From Octopus bimaculoides (taxonomy: Eukaryota): a stretch of DNA of 64,000 nucleotides. Shown piece by piece: positions 12,456 to 23,960 of the stretch (position 1 is its first letter; the number at the start of each line of letters is the position of its first letter). The notes under the pieces were generated by a model. That model was not told the DNA's origin and did not search any database. It saw only the letters and a program-made list of their open reading frames with translations. The translations under genes were made by a program, and so were the position numbers. The DNA is taken from the NCBI RefSeq assembly GCF_001194135.2, contig NC_068982.1, positions 46,969,157 to 47,033,156 on the forward strand, written 5' to 3'.

Positions 12456-12806
12456 TGGTGGTTCTCAACTGGGGTCCATGTAACCCCTGGTGGTCCATGT
12501 AACCCCTGGTGGTCCATATAAGAGCTTCAGAGGTCCATGCGAGCAAAATAGTAAATTGGGAACCCACAGAAATACATTAAGGGTCATGTAAAAAAACTTT
12601 GCTTTAGATGTATTTCTTGCCAAGAGACAGCTAGATTTCTTTCTCTAATGTATTTCATAGTTCAAACTACACAACTTCATGTGTGATGAACAAAATAGGA
12701 ATTTTGAAAGAAGTATCTATAAAACTAGATAGGCTTTGGAGGTTCACCAGAATAAAATAGTAATCAAAGGGGTCCATAAATATATAAAAACGGTTGAAAA
12801 CCACTG
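12456..12806. mobile_element. hAT (Charlie-type) MITE inside an old SINE-B-like copy
   Basis: TIRs tggtggttctcaac / gttgaaaaccactg, 8-bp TSD ctctagaa / ctctataa, and an internal 19-bp tandem duplication. Confidence 0.85.
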
Positions 12807-13633
12807 CTCTATAAAGATGAAAGGTAAAGCTGATCATGTCATTATTTGAACTGATAACATAAAGAGCCAGAACTGTACACTGCAAGGCATTTTTGTTTGA
12901 AGCACTAGCAGTTCTACCAATTCACCTCCACTGTCCTTATTCTATGTTATTTATTGAATGGAATTCTTTGTCAGACATATATGTCGTTTGGACTCTATTA
13001 TCTTTGCAAATCATTTTTAACCCTTTCACTTAATTGCTTGTGTGAATTTCTCTTGACCTTTTCAGCTATAATTAGTCATTTCGATGGCTAAATCAATATT
13101 AATGACCAAATTCTTTAAAGTCTTCATTGTCTATTTCTTTAGAGTAAGGAAAAAAACCTATAAACATTGTCTTGTGTTGTTTCATTTTTAACATAATGCC
13201 TCATGCATTGTAAACAGCTACAACAATCTTCAATTATTGTTGTTTCCTTTTTGTTTTTTTTTGCTTTTTCCTGTTTGGAATGTTTTATGAAAGCAGCAGA
13301 ATAATAAATTATTGTCAAACTAAAGTATTTATCAGATTTAAAACATATACTTCATTCAGCTAAGTGAGAGAGCTTATTAAATCTATGGTAAACATGAAAT
13401 GGAAAGGATCAAGAAGAGTCAATTGTTGTGCATTCACAAGAAAACAGATCTGTTATATGAGGTGAAAATGACTAAACCAGATGACTGCCATATTGGTAAG
13501 AATGAGAAAGTGAACATTATTGTATCAAGCGCATACACACATAGTTTAACAAACAACCTTGTGTGTGTGCACATATGCATGTGTGTGCACATATGCGTGT
13601 GTGTGCACATATGCATGTGTGTGTGTGTGTGTG

Positions 13634-13669
<36 letters not shown>

Positions 13670-14143
13670 GTGAGGAAGAGAAAGGGATGTGAAAGGGAAT
13701 ATGAGAAAGATCTAAGAATAGAAAATTAAAGAATTAAAATAGAATCAATAAAGAATGATTTTTGCAAACCAACAAAGGATCCTCACCTACCCAATAATAA
13801 AACTTAATGGCAAAATAGCAACAATAAAAATATAAGCCTTACCATCGTACACTTAATGTAAACATATGCACATCAATATTGTTAGGGAAAAAATAAATAA
13901 TAAATAATCTATACAATATATATATATACAATATATAAAATATATAAATAATATATACAATATATACAGCAGCCACAATAGTTATAAAAGAAAGTGAGCA
14001 TTCCCTGAAGATTATCAAAAATCAAGGAAACAGTTGGGGAAACAAGTCCTTAATTAATCAATAACGATGATTTAAAAATATACAAAATAGAGATAAATGC
14101 TACAGAAATATAAAATAACCAATACATACATATACATACACAT

Positions 14144-14176
<33 letters not shown>

Positions 14177-14298
14177 CATACATACACACATATTCATANN
14201 NNNNNNNNNNNNNNNNNNNNNNNNNNNNNNNNNNNNNNNNNNNNNNNNNNNNNNNNNNNNNNNNNNNNNNNNNNNNNNNNNNNNNNNNNNNNATATAA

Positions 14299-14327
<29 letters not shown>

Positions 14328-14329
<2 letters not shown>

Positions 14330-15014
14330 ATGAAGGTCAAAGAGAGGGTCATAGCCCAACTAATTAGGGAGAGAGTCTGCTTAGATGAGATGCAGTTTGG
14401 TTTTGTGTCAGGTAGAAACACCACTGATGCTATATTCTGGTACAGCAACTTCAGGAGGAATGCCTAGCCAAAGATAAACCCCTATACTTGGCTTTTGTGG
14501 ACTTGGAGAAAGCTTTTGACAGGGTCCTCTGATCCCTTATCTGGTGGGTGAAGTGGAAACTGAGGATTGACGAATGGTTAATAAGGGCCTAACCCTAACC
14601 CTATTCAGAGATGCTGTTAGTAAGGTTAGGGTTGGCGATGAGTATAGTACCTTGGATCATAGGGTGACATGCTGTGCTTGAGGAGACCTATTGAGTTAAG
14701 TACATCAAAATCAAAATCAAACAGAAATTGTAGTTGTGATCCCTGTGCCGGTGGCATGTAAAAAGCACCATCTAAACATGGCCAATGCCAGCGCCACCTT
14801 GACTGGCTTCCATGCCGGTGGCACGTAAAAGGCACCCACTACACTCTCGGAGTGGTTGGCATTAGGAAGGGCATTTAGCTGTAGAAACACTGCCAGATCA
14901 GACTGGAGCCTGGTGCAGCCTCCTGGCTTCCCAGACCCCAGTCGAACGGTACAACCCATGCCAGCATGGAAAACGGACGTTAAACGATGATGATGATGAT
15001 GATGATGACGATGA
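14328..15014 (+). mobile_element. Internally deleted RTE LINE (RT fragment joined to the 3' end)
   Basis: VMKVKERVIAQLIRERVCLDEMQFGFVSGRNTTDAIF..AFVDLEKAFDRV..SKVRVGDEYS jumps at ~14650 to YAVLEET-like coding, the UTR and (GAT)n. Confidence 0.9.
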
Positions 15015-15552
15015 TATATATATATTATACTAAACCAATAAGTCTGAAACAAGATATCCTTTCTAAATCACAAACAAACAATGTTGATATAAATTCTGTG
15101 AACAAAACAAACAGGTAAACATTAATCCTAATGAGCAAGTCAAAAACTAAAATAGAAATCAAAACAGCATCAACAATAAGAGAAGAATTTTCAAGAGATG
15201 CCTGGACTTTGAAGAGGATCGCTATGGATGAGAATGTTCAAAACAAGCCCAGTACCTGAATAGTCATGGGAAGTAATATCGATTCGGTAAATAGCCCAAA
15301 CATTACATAAAACAAACAACTGGTAAACATCCACAAATCAATAAAATCCTATAATTCTGATTAAAATATTTAACAAGGACAAATAAGGTGTTGAGATACT
15401 GATGGAGCCTGGGACAACAGGATTGGCTCACTGATTAAAATACTACTTTACTCCCCAAGACTAAAAAACATCAGACCCTTAGAACTACAGAATTATAACC
15501 TGACATCTCACCCCTCACATAACAAAGCTTTAATTGAAATAGTAGAGGATAA

Positions 15553-15771
15553 AAGGTGGCAAGCTGGCAGAACTGTTAGCACACTGGGTAAAATGCTAAG
15601 CAGTACTTTATCCATCTTTATGTTCTGAGTTCAAATTTCACCAGGGTCAACTGAACCATTCGTCCTTTCAGGGTTAATAAAGTAAGTACCAGTTGAGCAC
15701 TGAGGTCAATCTAATCAACTTATCCCCACCCTCAAAATTGCTGGCCTTGTGTCAAAGTTTGAAACCAATAA
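15553..15771 (+). mobile_element. SINE family B
   Basis: Head aaggtggcaagctggcagaa, core cctttcagggttaataaagtaagtaccagttgagcactg, tail tttgaaaccaata. Confidence 0.85.
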
Positions 15772-15979
15772 TATTGGTTTCAAATTTAGGTACAAAGCCT
15801 GTCAGTTTTGATGGGAGAAGCTACATCGACCCTCAGTACTCAACTGGTACTTATTTTATCAACCCTGAAAGGATGAAAGGCAAAGTTGACCTCATGGAAT
15901 TTGAACACTGAATGTAAAGATGGATGAGATGCCACTAAGCATTTCACCTAGTGTGCTAACAATCCTGCCAGCTCACACC
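15772..15979 (-). mobile_element. SINE family B, inverted, inserted into the tail of the preceding copy
   Basis: TSD tttgaaaccaataa at 15758-15771 and 15980-15993. Confidence 0.85.
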
Positions 15980-16241
15980 TTTGAAACCAATAACAGACAG
16001 GATAAATAAACACCTGAAAAGTACCTAAAAAACCCAAACTCCTTTCCAGAATAACAGAAGGGATACTGTAACGTCTCATTTGGTTGTTAAGATCAATTAC
16101 TCAATAAGTGAAAGCAGTGGAAAGAGAAAAAAAGAGCCTGAACATAGCATAGGTTGACAATCAGAAAGATATTCCTGCATGTGTGGAAGCATTAGCCATT
16201 AGTAAGAAAGCACCAGTAATAAACAGACATATCAAGTATAT

Positions 16242-16498
16242 CAGTGGTTCTCAACCAATTTTTACCTGTGGGACCGCTTTGATTTCTATTTTACTCTGCT
16301 GGACCCCCATAGCCATTTGAAGTTTTAAGAAATTCCATTATATTTTTATAATTAAATACTATTAGGAATTGTATAAAAAACAGTTGTTAAAATACTTTGT
16401 GCATTGTAGAAGTATACTGCATATACTTTTTAAGAACTAAATCTTATATGGATCCCCCACTCCTGCAGGGTCATGTGGATCCCAGTTGAGAACCACTG
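16242..16498. mobile_element. hAT MITE
   Basis: TIR cagtggttctcaac / gttgagaaccactg, TSD aagtatat / atgtatat. Confidence 0.9.
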
Positions 16499-16919
16499 AT
16501 GTATATCATGAATAAATGGCAAATAATCCTGCAGGTATAAACGAAAGGAAGAATTAGATACAAGAAATCCTGCTTCTATTAGAAGAGACATGATATTCCA
16601 AGGAGTTCCTCTCTCTTTTTTTGTTTTTTTTTTTTGTTTACAGTTTATCTATCTGGAATTAACATCTTTAACTAATATAAGAAACCAAACTGGACTTAAT
16701 TCTATGGGAGGATAACCAAATGTCTTTCATATGTGGATAACCTCAAGTTGTATTCTGCAAATGATAAACAACTGGAAACAGAGCTACATGTAGCACTCAG
16801 ATTTACTAGAGGAATTGATACGAAATTCATCTTTAAAAATTGGCCTTGGCCACCTTGAAGAAAGAAAACTTAAATGAAATATTTATTATATTAGATATAA
16901 AACAAACAAAATAACTGAT

Positions 16920-16920
16920 A

Positions 16921-16980
<60 letters not shown>

Positions 16981-17135
16981 TTAACATCTGCTTTCCATGC
17001 TAGCATGGGTTGGACGATTTGACTGAGGACTGGTGAACCGGATGGCTGCACCAGGCTCCAATCTGATCTGGTAGAGTTTCTACAGCTGGATGCCCTTCCT
17101 AACACCAACCACTCCGAGAGTGTAGTGGGTGCTTT
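16920..17135 (-). mobile_element. RTE tail with long (CAT)n
   Basis: About 20 CAT units followed by the reverse-complement tail up to gagagtgtagtgggtgcttt. Confidence 0.9.
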
Positions 17136-17289
17136 AAGAGAATTAAACTAACACAGACTTACAAAAACTTTGATATAAAATGAAATAGATGGACTATAGA
17201 ACACCCAAATAACAGAAAAGATTTAGATACTACATTATAGATACATTAGAGTAATACTTAAAACAGTGCTAAATGCAAAAAAAATATGT

Positions 17290-17995
17290 ACATAGCTGTG
17301 AAGTTAAAAAGCTTGCTTTGAAATCACATGGTTTCAAGTTCAGTACCACTGTGTGGTACCTTGAGCAAGTGTTTTCTACTATAGCCCATGGCCAACAATG
17401 CTTTGTGAGTGTATTTGGTTGAGGGAAACTGAAAGAAACCCATTGTATATGTGTGTGTGTTTGTGCTCCCTATCCCCACTACTTGACAACTGGTATTCGT
17501 TTGTTTACATCCCTGTAATAGCAATTTGGCAATAGAGACCAATAGAATAAATACCAGATGTTAAAGAAAAAAACATAAGTACTAGAGTCACTTTGTTTGA
17601 CTAAACCAGGGCTGGCCAACCAGAGGCCCACAAACCGCATGCGGCCTGCTTAATGCTTTCTTGAAATGGGTTTATTTAAACAAACATTTAAAAAATTTTA
17701 TCAAAAGTTAAAGATTGTAATGAAAAGTGAAAAAGAACAATACTACTGTTTTTGCAACAATGATATTTCATGTTGAATCAATGATCATTCATTCATTATT
17801 GTAATAATAACAGGAGAAAGCAAAATGCTTTTAATTCTGTCAGTATACAAGCGGCCCTCAAAAAACTTTCTGTGATTAAAGTGGCCTGCAATGTAATTCA
17901 AGTTGGCCGGGCCTGGACTAAACCATTCAAGGAGATACTCCAACATGGCCACAGCCCAATGACTGAAACAAGTTAAAAATAAAATATAAAAGACA
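17290..17995 (+). mobile_element. SINE family A interrupted by a hAT MITE
   Basis: A head and body at 17290-17606. The tail resumes at 17916 (cattcaagg..catggccacagcccaatgactgaaacaag). Confidence 0.85.
17607..17915. mobile_element. hAT MITE (second family)
   Basis: TIR cagggctggccaac / gttggccgggcctg, perfect TSD gactaaac. Confidence 0.9.
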
Positions 17996-18599
17996 AGTGT
18001 CAATAGTTTGCCTATCCAAGCAATAGCAATAAGTTATAATTAAACTATTACATATTAACAATGGAGGCAGTATTATTACTGAGAGGTAATATTTATCTCC
18101 ACTTAAACATGGCTGTTCTATTAGAACAAACTATACTGTGGTAGAGATCATGAGAGAACCTCTCATATTGGCTTTTGGTGCAAAATGCACTCGTATTTAT
18201 ATTGCTAGCAGGGAGATAAATCCCATCCACTTCCAAGGCCGAGACCACCTGATCATGTGATTTCAGTCTTCCTCGGTCTTGTCAATAATGGATGCTTAAA
18301 CCACTAGAGACAGCAGCGATTCATCTTCCTGTCAGTGATATATGAAAATAACAGTGTCACTGAGCTTGTTAAATTATTTTCAGTTGGATGCTAAGCTGAT
18401 TAAGAAGAACACAGAAAAAGAAACAAACAATAATAATGACTACAGAATATACCACCGAAAATCTGACACAGACAAATATATATTTACCACAGATGCAGCT
18501 ATGCATCTCCTCAGCAGCAAGACACCTGTTCCTATCCCTCTATCATAATCTTGCCTCTCAACACCTTGCATAAACCACCTTCCACAATATCACGCCCAC

Positions 18600-18855
18600 A
18601 TCAACCAAGGAGATGTGTTGCAAGCTACAAGATGACTTCACTAGTGCCAGTGATATGGAAAAGTACCCAGTACACTTATGAAATAGTTGGTGTTAGAAAG
18701 GACATCCAATCATAGAAAATAAGCCAAAATAGACATTGGAGCTTGACACAGATCCCTGGCAAGTTGGATCTTGTCCAGCCCATAGTAGCGCGGAATACTG
18801 ATGTTAAATAATGCTAATGATTGATGATGACGATGATGATGATGATGATGATGAT
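18600..18855 (+). mobile_element. Old RTE-type tail
   Basis: gtacccagtacac...tggtgttagaaaggacatccaa...ctgatgttaaa..(gat)n. Confidence 0.7.
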
Positions 18856-19170
18856 ATCCTTATGCAGTAAGAAAAATTATTTATAAAATAACGACTGAAG
18901 AACTACAAAATTTCTAGCAAAGAATAAAAGAAAATTAACACAAACAATCACAAAAACATTAACAATAGATATTAAAAGCAAAAGTAAGTTTGATTTTTGC
19001 TCTACAGAACCAATGCAAGCCACTAAACGCTATAATTAATAAAGCAAAAGTTAGCATTAAGTGCAGACTATGCAATCAGTACCATGAAATGCCTGACTGT
19101 GTTATTTCTAACAGTCCAATTCTTGCAAACTCTGAGTATATCTACTATAATAAATGTGAATGTCAGTGTA

Positions 19171-19848
19171 TCAGTCTGTCACATTTTTTCAACTTTACTC
19201 CTGGAACTTTGGATTCTCAGGTTTTCATTATTGCAATTGTTTCCAGCGATTTTTTACGTGATTTTTTGAGAGAATCAGGCCGACTCTGCAAGTAAATTAA
19301 AAACATTCCAGGCTGAATCCAGACTAGCAATCCTGAAATTTTGGATTCCCAAGTTTTCATTACTGCGATTGTTTCTGGCAAATTTTTTACACAACATTTT
19401 GCAACAAATTTTTTTTGTATGATAATAATTATTATAATCTAAAGGCCGACTCTGTAAGTAAATTAAAAACATTCTGGGCCAAATCCGGACCCGCACCCCT
19501 GGAACTTTGGATTCTCAGGTTTTCATTATAGCAATTGTTCCCAGCGATTTTTTACGTGATTTTTTGAGAGAAATCTTTTTGTACAATGAAATTTTTTATA
19601 ACTTGGAAATAAATTTTGAAAATAATTAAAATTAATTGCAAAATCCAGCATTTATTTTAAGCATTTCTTTTACGTGATCTTCTACGATGAATATGATCAT
19701 AATTGAGATATGACTCTGGATGAAGCAATTGCAACAAATTCTCCAAAACAAGTCAGATATCTGTTTGCAAATCTTCTCATTCAGGGTCAATAGCTTATCA
19801 GTCATATACTATCTTAAAAACCACCCGGTAGGGCAGCTTTTAAGCTAG
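19171..19848 (+). mobile_element. Non-autonomous Helitron with internal tandem repeats and a RepHel remnant
   Basis: A|TC start, hairpin ttaaaaaccaccc-ggta-gggcagcttttaa (19814-19843), CTAG|T end. Internal peptide *DMTLDEAIATNSPKQVRYLFANLL (19704-19778). Repeat units start at 19200, 19332 and 19498. Confidence 0.75.
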
Positions 19849-19904
19849 TCTAGAAATAGGATTGAGTCAGTAACAATATCCAGAAAAATGAGAAGTGGCA
19901 TAAA

Positions 19905-20190
19905 TCATGGAACGTGTGCATGCAGAACGGTTTCATTACTCTGCTGGCATCTAAGACAGGCCCAGCTATAGCACTTTCATGTAGAGTTTATCTCAAACCA
20001 ACAATGCTTCCAAATAGTCGTGCTAAACCAGAAATGTCTAAATTCTATCCAAAGTCTCAAAGCCAAAACAACTCTGCAACAGGCTTCCTAATTGATTCTT
20101 ATTGATACTCAGAGTTCCTCCAAGATTGTCATTAATCACTCTCGCCTGCCAATAGTCCCCTATAGAATACTAATGTTGAAGCTTTACTGA
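19905..20190 (-). mobile_element. L1/Tx1-like ORF2 C-terminal zinc-finger fragment
   Basis: Minus strand reads YLEALLV*DKLY and ACLRCQQSNETVLHA; homologous to ~1465-1565. Confidence 0.65.
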
Positions 20191-20207
20191 GCTGCATTGT
20201 AGAGTAA

Positions 20208-20457
20208 AAAAGGTAAAGGTTACCTTCTCGAGTTATGCCAACTCATAAAGACCAGTTTCCATGGTATATAAATTCCTCACCTGGACGGGACACCAGTCCG
20301 TCACAGGGATACTCATTTTTGCCAGCTGAGTGGACTGGAGCAATGTTAAATGAAGTGTCCTGCTCAAGAACACAATGTGTTGCTGAGTCCAGGAATTGAA
20401 ACTACAACCTTACTATCATAAGTCCAACACTCTAACCACTAAGCCACACACATCCAC
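20208..20457 (-). mobile_element. SINE family C, tail type 2
   Basis: C head and core plus a tail with gacggactggtgtcccgtccaggtg and a terminal cctttacc. Confidence 0.8.
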
Positions 20458-21115
20458 TACTTAGTAGAGTATGAGACAATATTTCAGACAATATCAAGCA
20501 TTCCACCAGACAAGTAATGCGCTCAGTGGAACTTCAATGTAATGAGTCAGATGCATGTGAATATTTCTGACTGTATGGTAAGGCTGTACTTCAAATCAGA
20601 AATCTTGAGTCACTAGCAAAAATAATTCTCAATTTAGTGCCAAATAAATTCACCATAGAAAGTTTTAGGAAGATAATTTTTTTTTTGTCTGAACTAAAAA
20701 TGGCCTATAAGCCACTACATAAGTTTTATGTCAGCTGTTAATGATTTCAGATTGTATCCACATAAATACTATTATCTGAAGTCATCTAAACTAAAAGAAC
20801 ATATCAAAAATCTTACAAGCTCAAAGTAAATGTAATGGCTATAAAATTTCTAATTTATCATGTCAGCACAAGCTGGAAGATTTTTTTGTTCCTTGGCTTT
20901 TACTTTCCGTTTCATCTAATTCTCTTTATACCTTCTTATTTTTAAATCTCTTCTAGTTTTTCTTCACAAATTTCTAATCATTTTAATTTCTCACTTTTGT
21001 TCTTTCCCCATAATAAATATGCCACTTCGTTTTTTTCTTTTCTTTCTTTTTTTATCTCTTATATATTCTAAGTTGTCTATCAGACATTTCTAACTATATA
21101 GATAGTTAAAGTGGA

Positions 21116-21117
<2 letters not shown>

Positions 21118-21195
<78 letters not shown>
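21118..21195. repeat. (AG)n microsatellite
   Basis: Directly visible. Confidence 0.95.
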
Positions 21196-21198
<3 letters not shown>

Positions 21199-21723
21199 CT
21201 GAAGCTCTTGCTGCTTAACTTTGATGATCAGGTAGAAATCAATATTTTCTACAAGATAAATGAAAATAAAGGTGCATGGATGAATGAATAAGAATTTTGC
21301 TTTGCAGTCACAGAATTATAGGTCTGATCCTGCAATGAGTTCTAACTACAAGAGCCTCAAGTCAATACAAGACATACAAAGGAAATTTGGCAAGCAAAAG
21401 TTAAGTGAATATTCATTGGTTATTTCTACACTAAATACTACATATTAACCTTCAGAAGAAGGATGAATTAATTTATCCATATTACATGGCTTCAAAATAG
21501 CACTGAAATCGATCCAATTGCAAATTCTCTCGGCAGTAAACCAGTACTGTTGACGGGGTCATCTAGGATTTATAGTAACCCTTTAGGTCTCCTTATCAAT
21601 TGCAGTGATCTGAAATGGTCTGTTGAGCTCCACCTCACTACATTATGTAAGAACAGGAACAATAATTTAAATTTTTCACTGCTGCCACTGCTACTACCAC
21701 CACCACCACCATATATATACATA

Positions 21724-21823
<100 letters not shown>

Positions 21824-21834
21824 GAGAGAGAGTA

Positions 21835-22664
21835 CAGTGAATATATTGTCTAAATTATGCAAAAGTGAAAATAACACTGATATTTCATTTTAGCTGATAC
21901 ATTTACTCAAATTACATAAAGGTATCTTGAAATACTAAAGAGTAAATTTATTCAATAAAATCACCATTGGCTTCAACCGTGGCCTTCAGACAACTTTGAA
22001 ATCTCCTGCAACTCTTCTGGATGGTCTCCTTGTTTAAGTTGGTGAATGCTGCCATAATCCTTGCCTTCAGTTTATCTTTGGTGTTACAAGGAGTTTTGTT
22101 GGTCTCTCACTCAACTGCGCCCCACACATAATAATCAAGGGGGGTTGCTGTCTGGGTAGTTAGGTGGCCAGATGTTAGGGGTGGTGTGGTCGCAGAAATT
22201 GCCTGACAGCTACGACTGGATTCTCCTGCTTGTGTGTCATAGTGCAGAGTTGTTATCAGACATAGGGTCTTTCAGCAATCACCGCCTTGACCCAAGGCAG
22301 CATTACCTTCTCCAGGCAGTTGATGTAGGCCTCCATGTTAAGTGTGAGGCTGTGTGGGAAGATGAATGGAGACATAACGTCACCATCACTAATGATCACT
22401 CTCAGTACATATTTTGGGGACACAGCAAGCCAACAGTTGTTCAGTGTGTTCACCATCAGTTCATATTAGAACTTCTGGCATGAATGCTAAACAGTACAAC
22501 ATGTCATTTTCAAATTTCTGGCTGAGTAGACTGTGTCATGGTACTGTTTTTCTCACAGATGGTGCCCAACCGACCCTACTATACTGTGTAGTCAACAAAA
22601 TCAAAAGTAATCAATGCACATGCATGAAATAAAAAAATGGCAACAATTTGCCCATCACACCTTG
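21835..22664 (-). mobile_element. Tc1/mariner DD37D (maT-type) element, internally deleted
   Basis: ISDGDVMSPFIFPHSL..YINCLEKVMLPW..RPYV, then NSAL*HTS...NIWPPNYPDSNPLDYYVWG with 37 residues between the second and third acidic positions. TIR caaggtgtgatgggcaaattg at the 22664 end. Confidence 0.85.
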
Positions 22665-22694
22665 TGCTTATATATATATATATATATATATATA

Positions 22695-23250
22695 CATGGT
22701 GTAACAGGTAAATTGAAACAAGTTTCAAATGGGTATATTTCTAACTGTATAGATTTTCTTGGGGTCTAAATTCTAAACACTACCAGCATGAATAAGCACT
22801 TGTATTATTTTCTATCTCTTACTGAACAAATTATGAATGTCATTAAAGAATTAAACCGTGGAAGTGTAATTGCCAAATTATTCCATACCAGCAAAAGTGC
22901 TGGGGAGATTGTTAGAGCCACAAAGGAGCCAAATCTACTGTTTTTAGAGTTGCAGCCAATTTAGAGAAAAGTCGGGCTGTTCAGAGAAAGTCTCACAATC
23001 TCTGCATTGACCAAAAATGCTCACCTTGCTTCTTAGCAGAACTTTCAAGATCGATTAAGTCAAACTCATCAAAACCGATGGTGAAGTTGGATCAAGATTT
23101 GAGGAATCAGCAAAATGACCATTTCTAAGGCTGTAAGACAAGACCACCATGTGAAATTGTACACGAGGAGACATCATAACACCCTAACTACCTGCTCCAA
23201 AGCTATTCAAGCTGAAAGAAATCCCAAACTTCTTAGTCATCTGAATCATC
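22695..23250 (+). mobile_element. maT-like element, 5' part (TIR plus HTH region), 3'-truncated
   Basis: TA|catggtgtaacaggtaaattg, then MNVIKELNRGSVIAKLFHTSKSAGEIVRAT..KSTVFRV..KMTISKAVRQD. Confidence 0.7.
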
Positions 23251-23960
23251 CGCATCTGATGACGGGTCAATACCCAGAAAATCGGGTTCGTGTATATCAC
23301 GTCAGGCTGGAGATGGGAACAATGACCTCCCTTAGCAAATACAGATAGGGCACAGAAAGTGTGTCAATAACCAGCTGGAGGAGATGTCTTCCTGGTGCTA
23401 CAAGCTACAGTAGCATCAACCCTTAAGGGTTAGCCACATTTAGGTGGCAAATATACTTCACGATATCATGCGGCTACTGTTCATACTTCATTCAGAGATT
23501 TATTATATATATATTTTATCGTATCTCATGAGCAGACTTCAAATGGAAAAGTGAAGAAAATTATAAACACTTGAAGAATACATGAAGGGACAATGTTAAT
23601 TAGGCTACGGGGCTTAATGCCCACATGAATACTTAACAAAATTTGGCAACTACTACTAAAAGGGAGCCACTATGTAGTCACTCAACCAGCTAGAAATAGT
23701 TAGTTGATAAATTTACTTCACATCAAATCCCACCAGATTTATCTGTCATCCTTTACTTGCTTCAATCATTGGGCTGCAGCCATGCTGGTGAACCACCTTG
23801 AAGGGTTTATTTGAACAAATAGACCACAGTACTTATTATCTTTTCTTCGATATTTTTAAAGCCTACTACTTATTTTATCACTCTTCAGAGACCCCTTCTT
23901 CTTCCACACCAAACTACTCACTTAGAACTTGCTCAGTAACCTCAGACCTGAGATGTTCAC

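Larger units (their letters stand above)
13960..19905 (+). mobile_element. Fossil R4/Dong-like (RLE-type) non-LTR retrotransposon, fragmented by nested insertions
   Basis: Colinear motifs: DWLT..TTLLPK..DP*NYRIIT (~15420-15505), *QKG..GC*DQLL (~16055-16105), IFQGVPLS (~16595), SYVDNLKLYSANDKQL (~16725-16775), ILKT.LNAK (~17255), RIYHRKSD (~18445), KCRLCNQYHE..ISN..LANSEY (~19060-19140), EKWHK (~19890). Confidence 0.75.
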
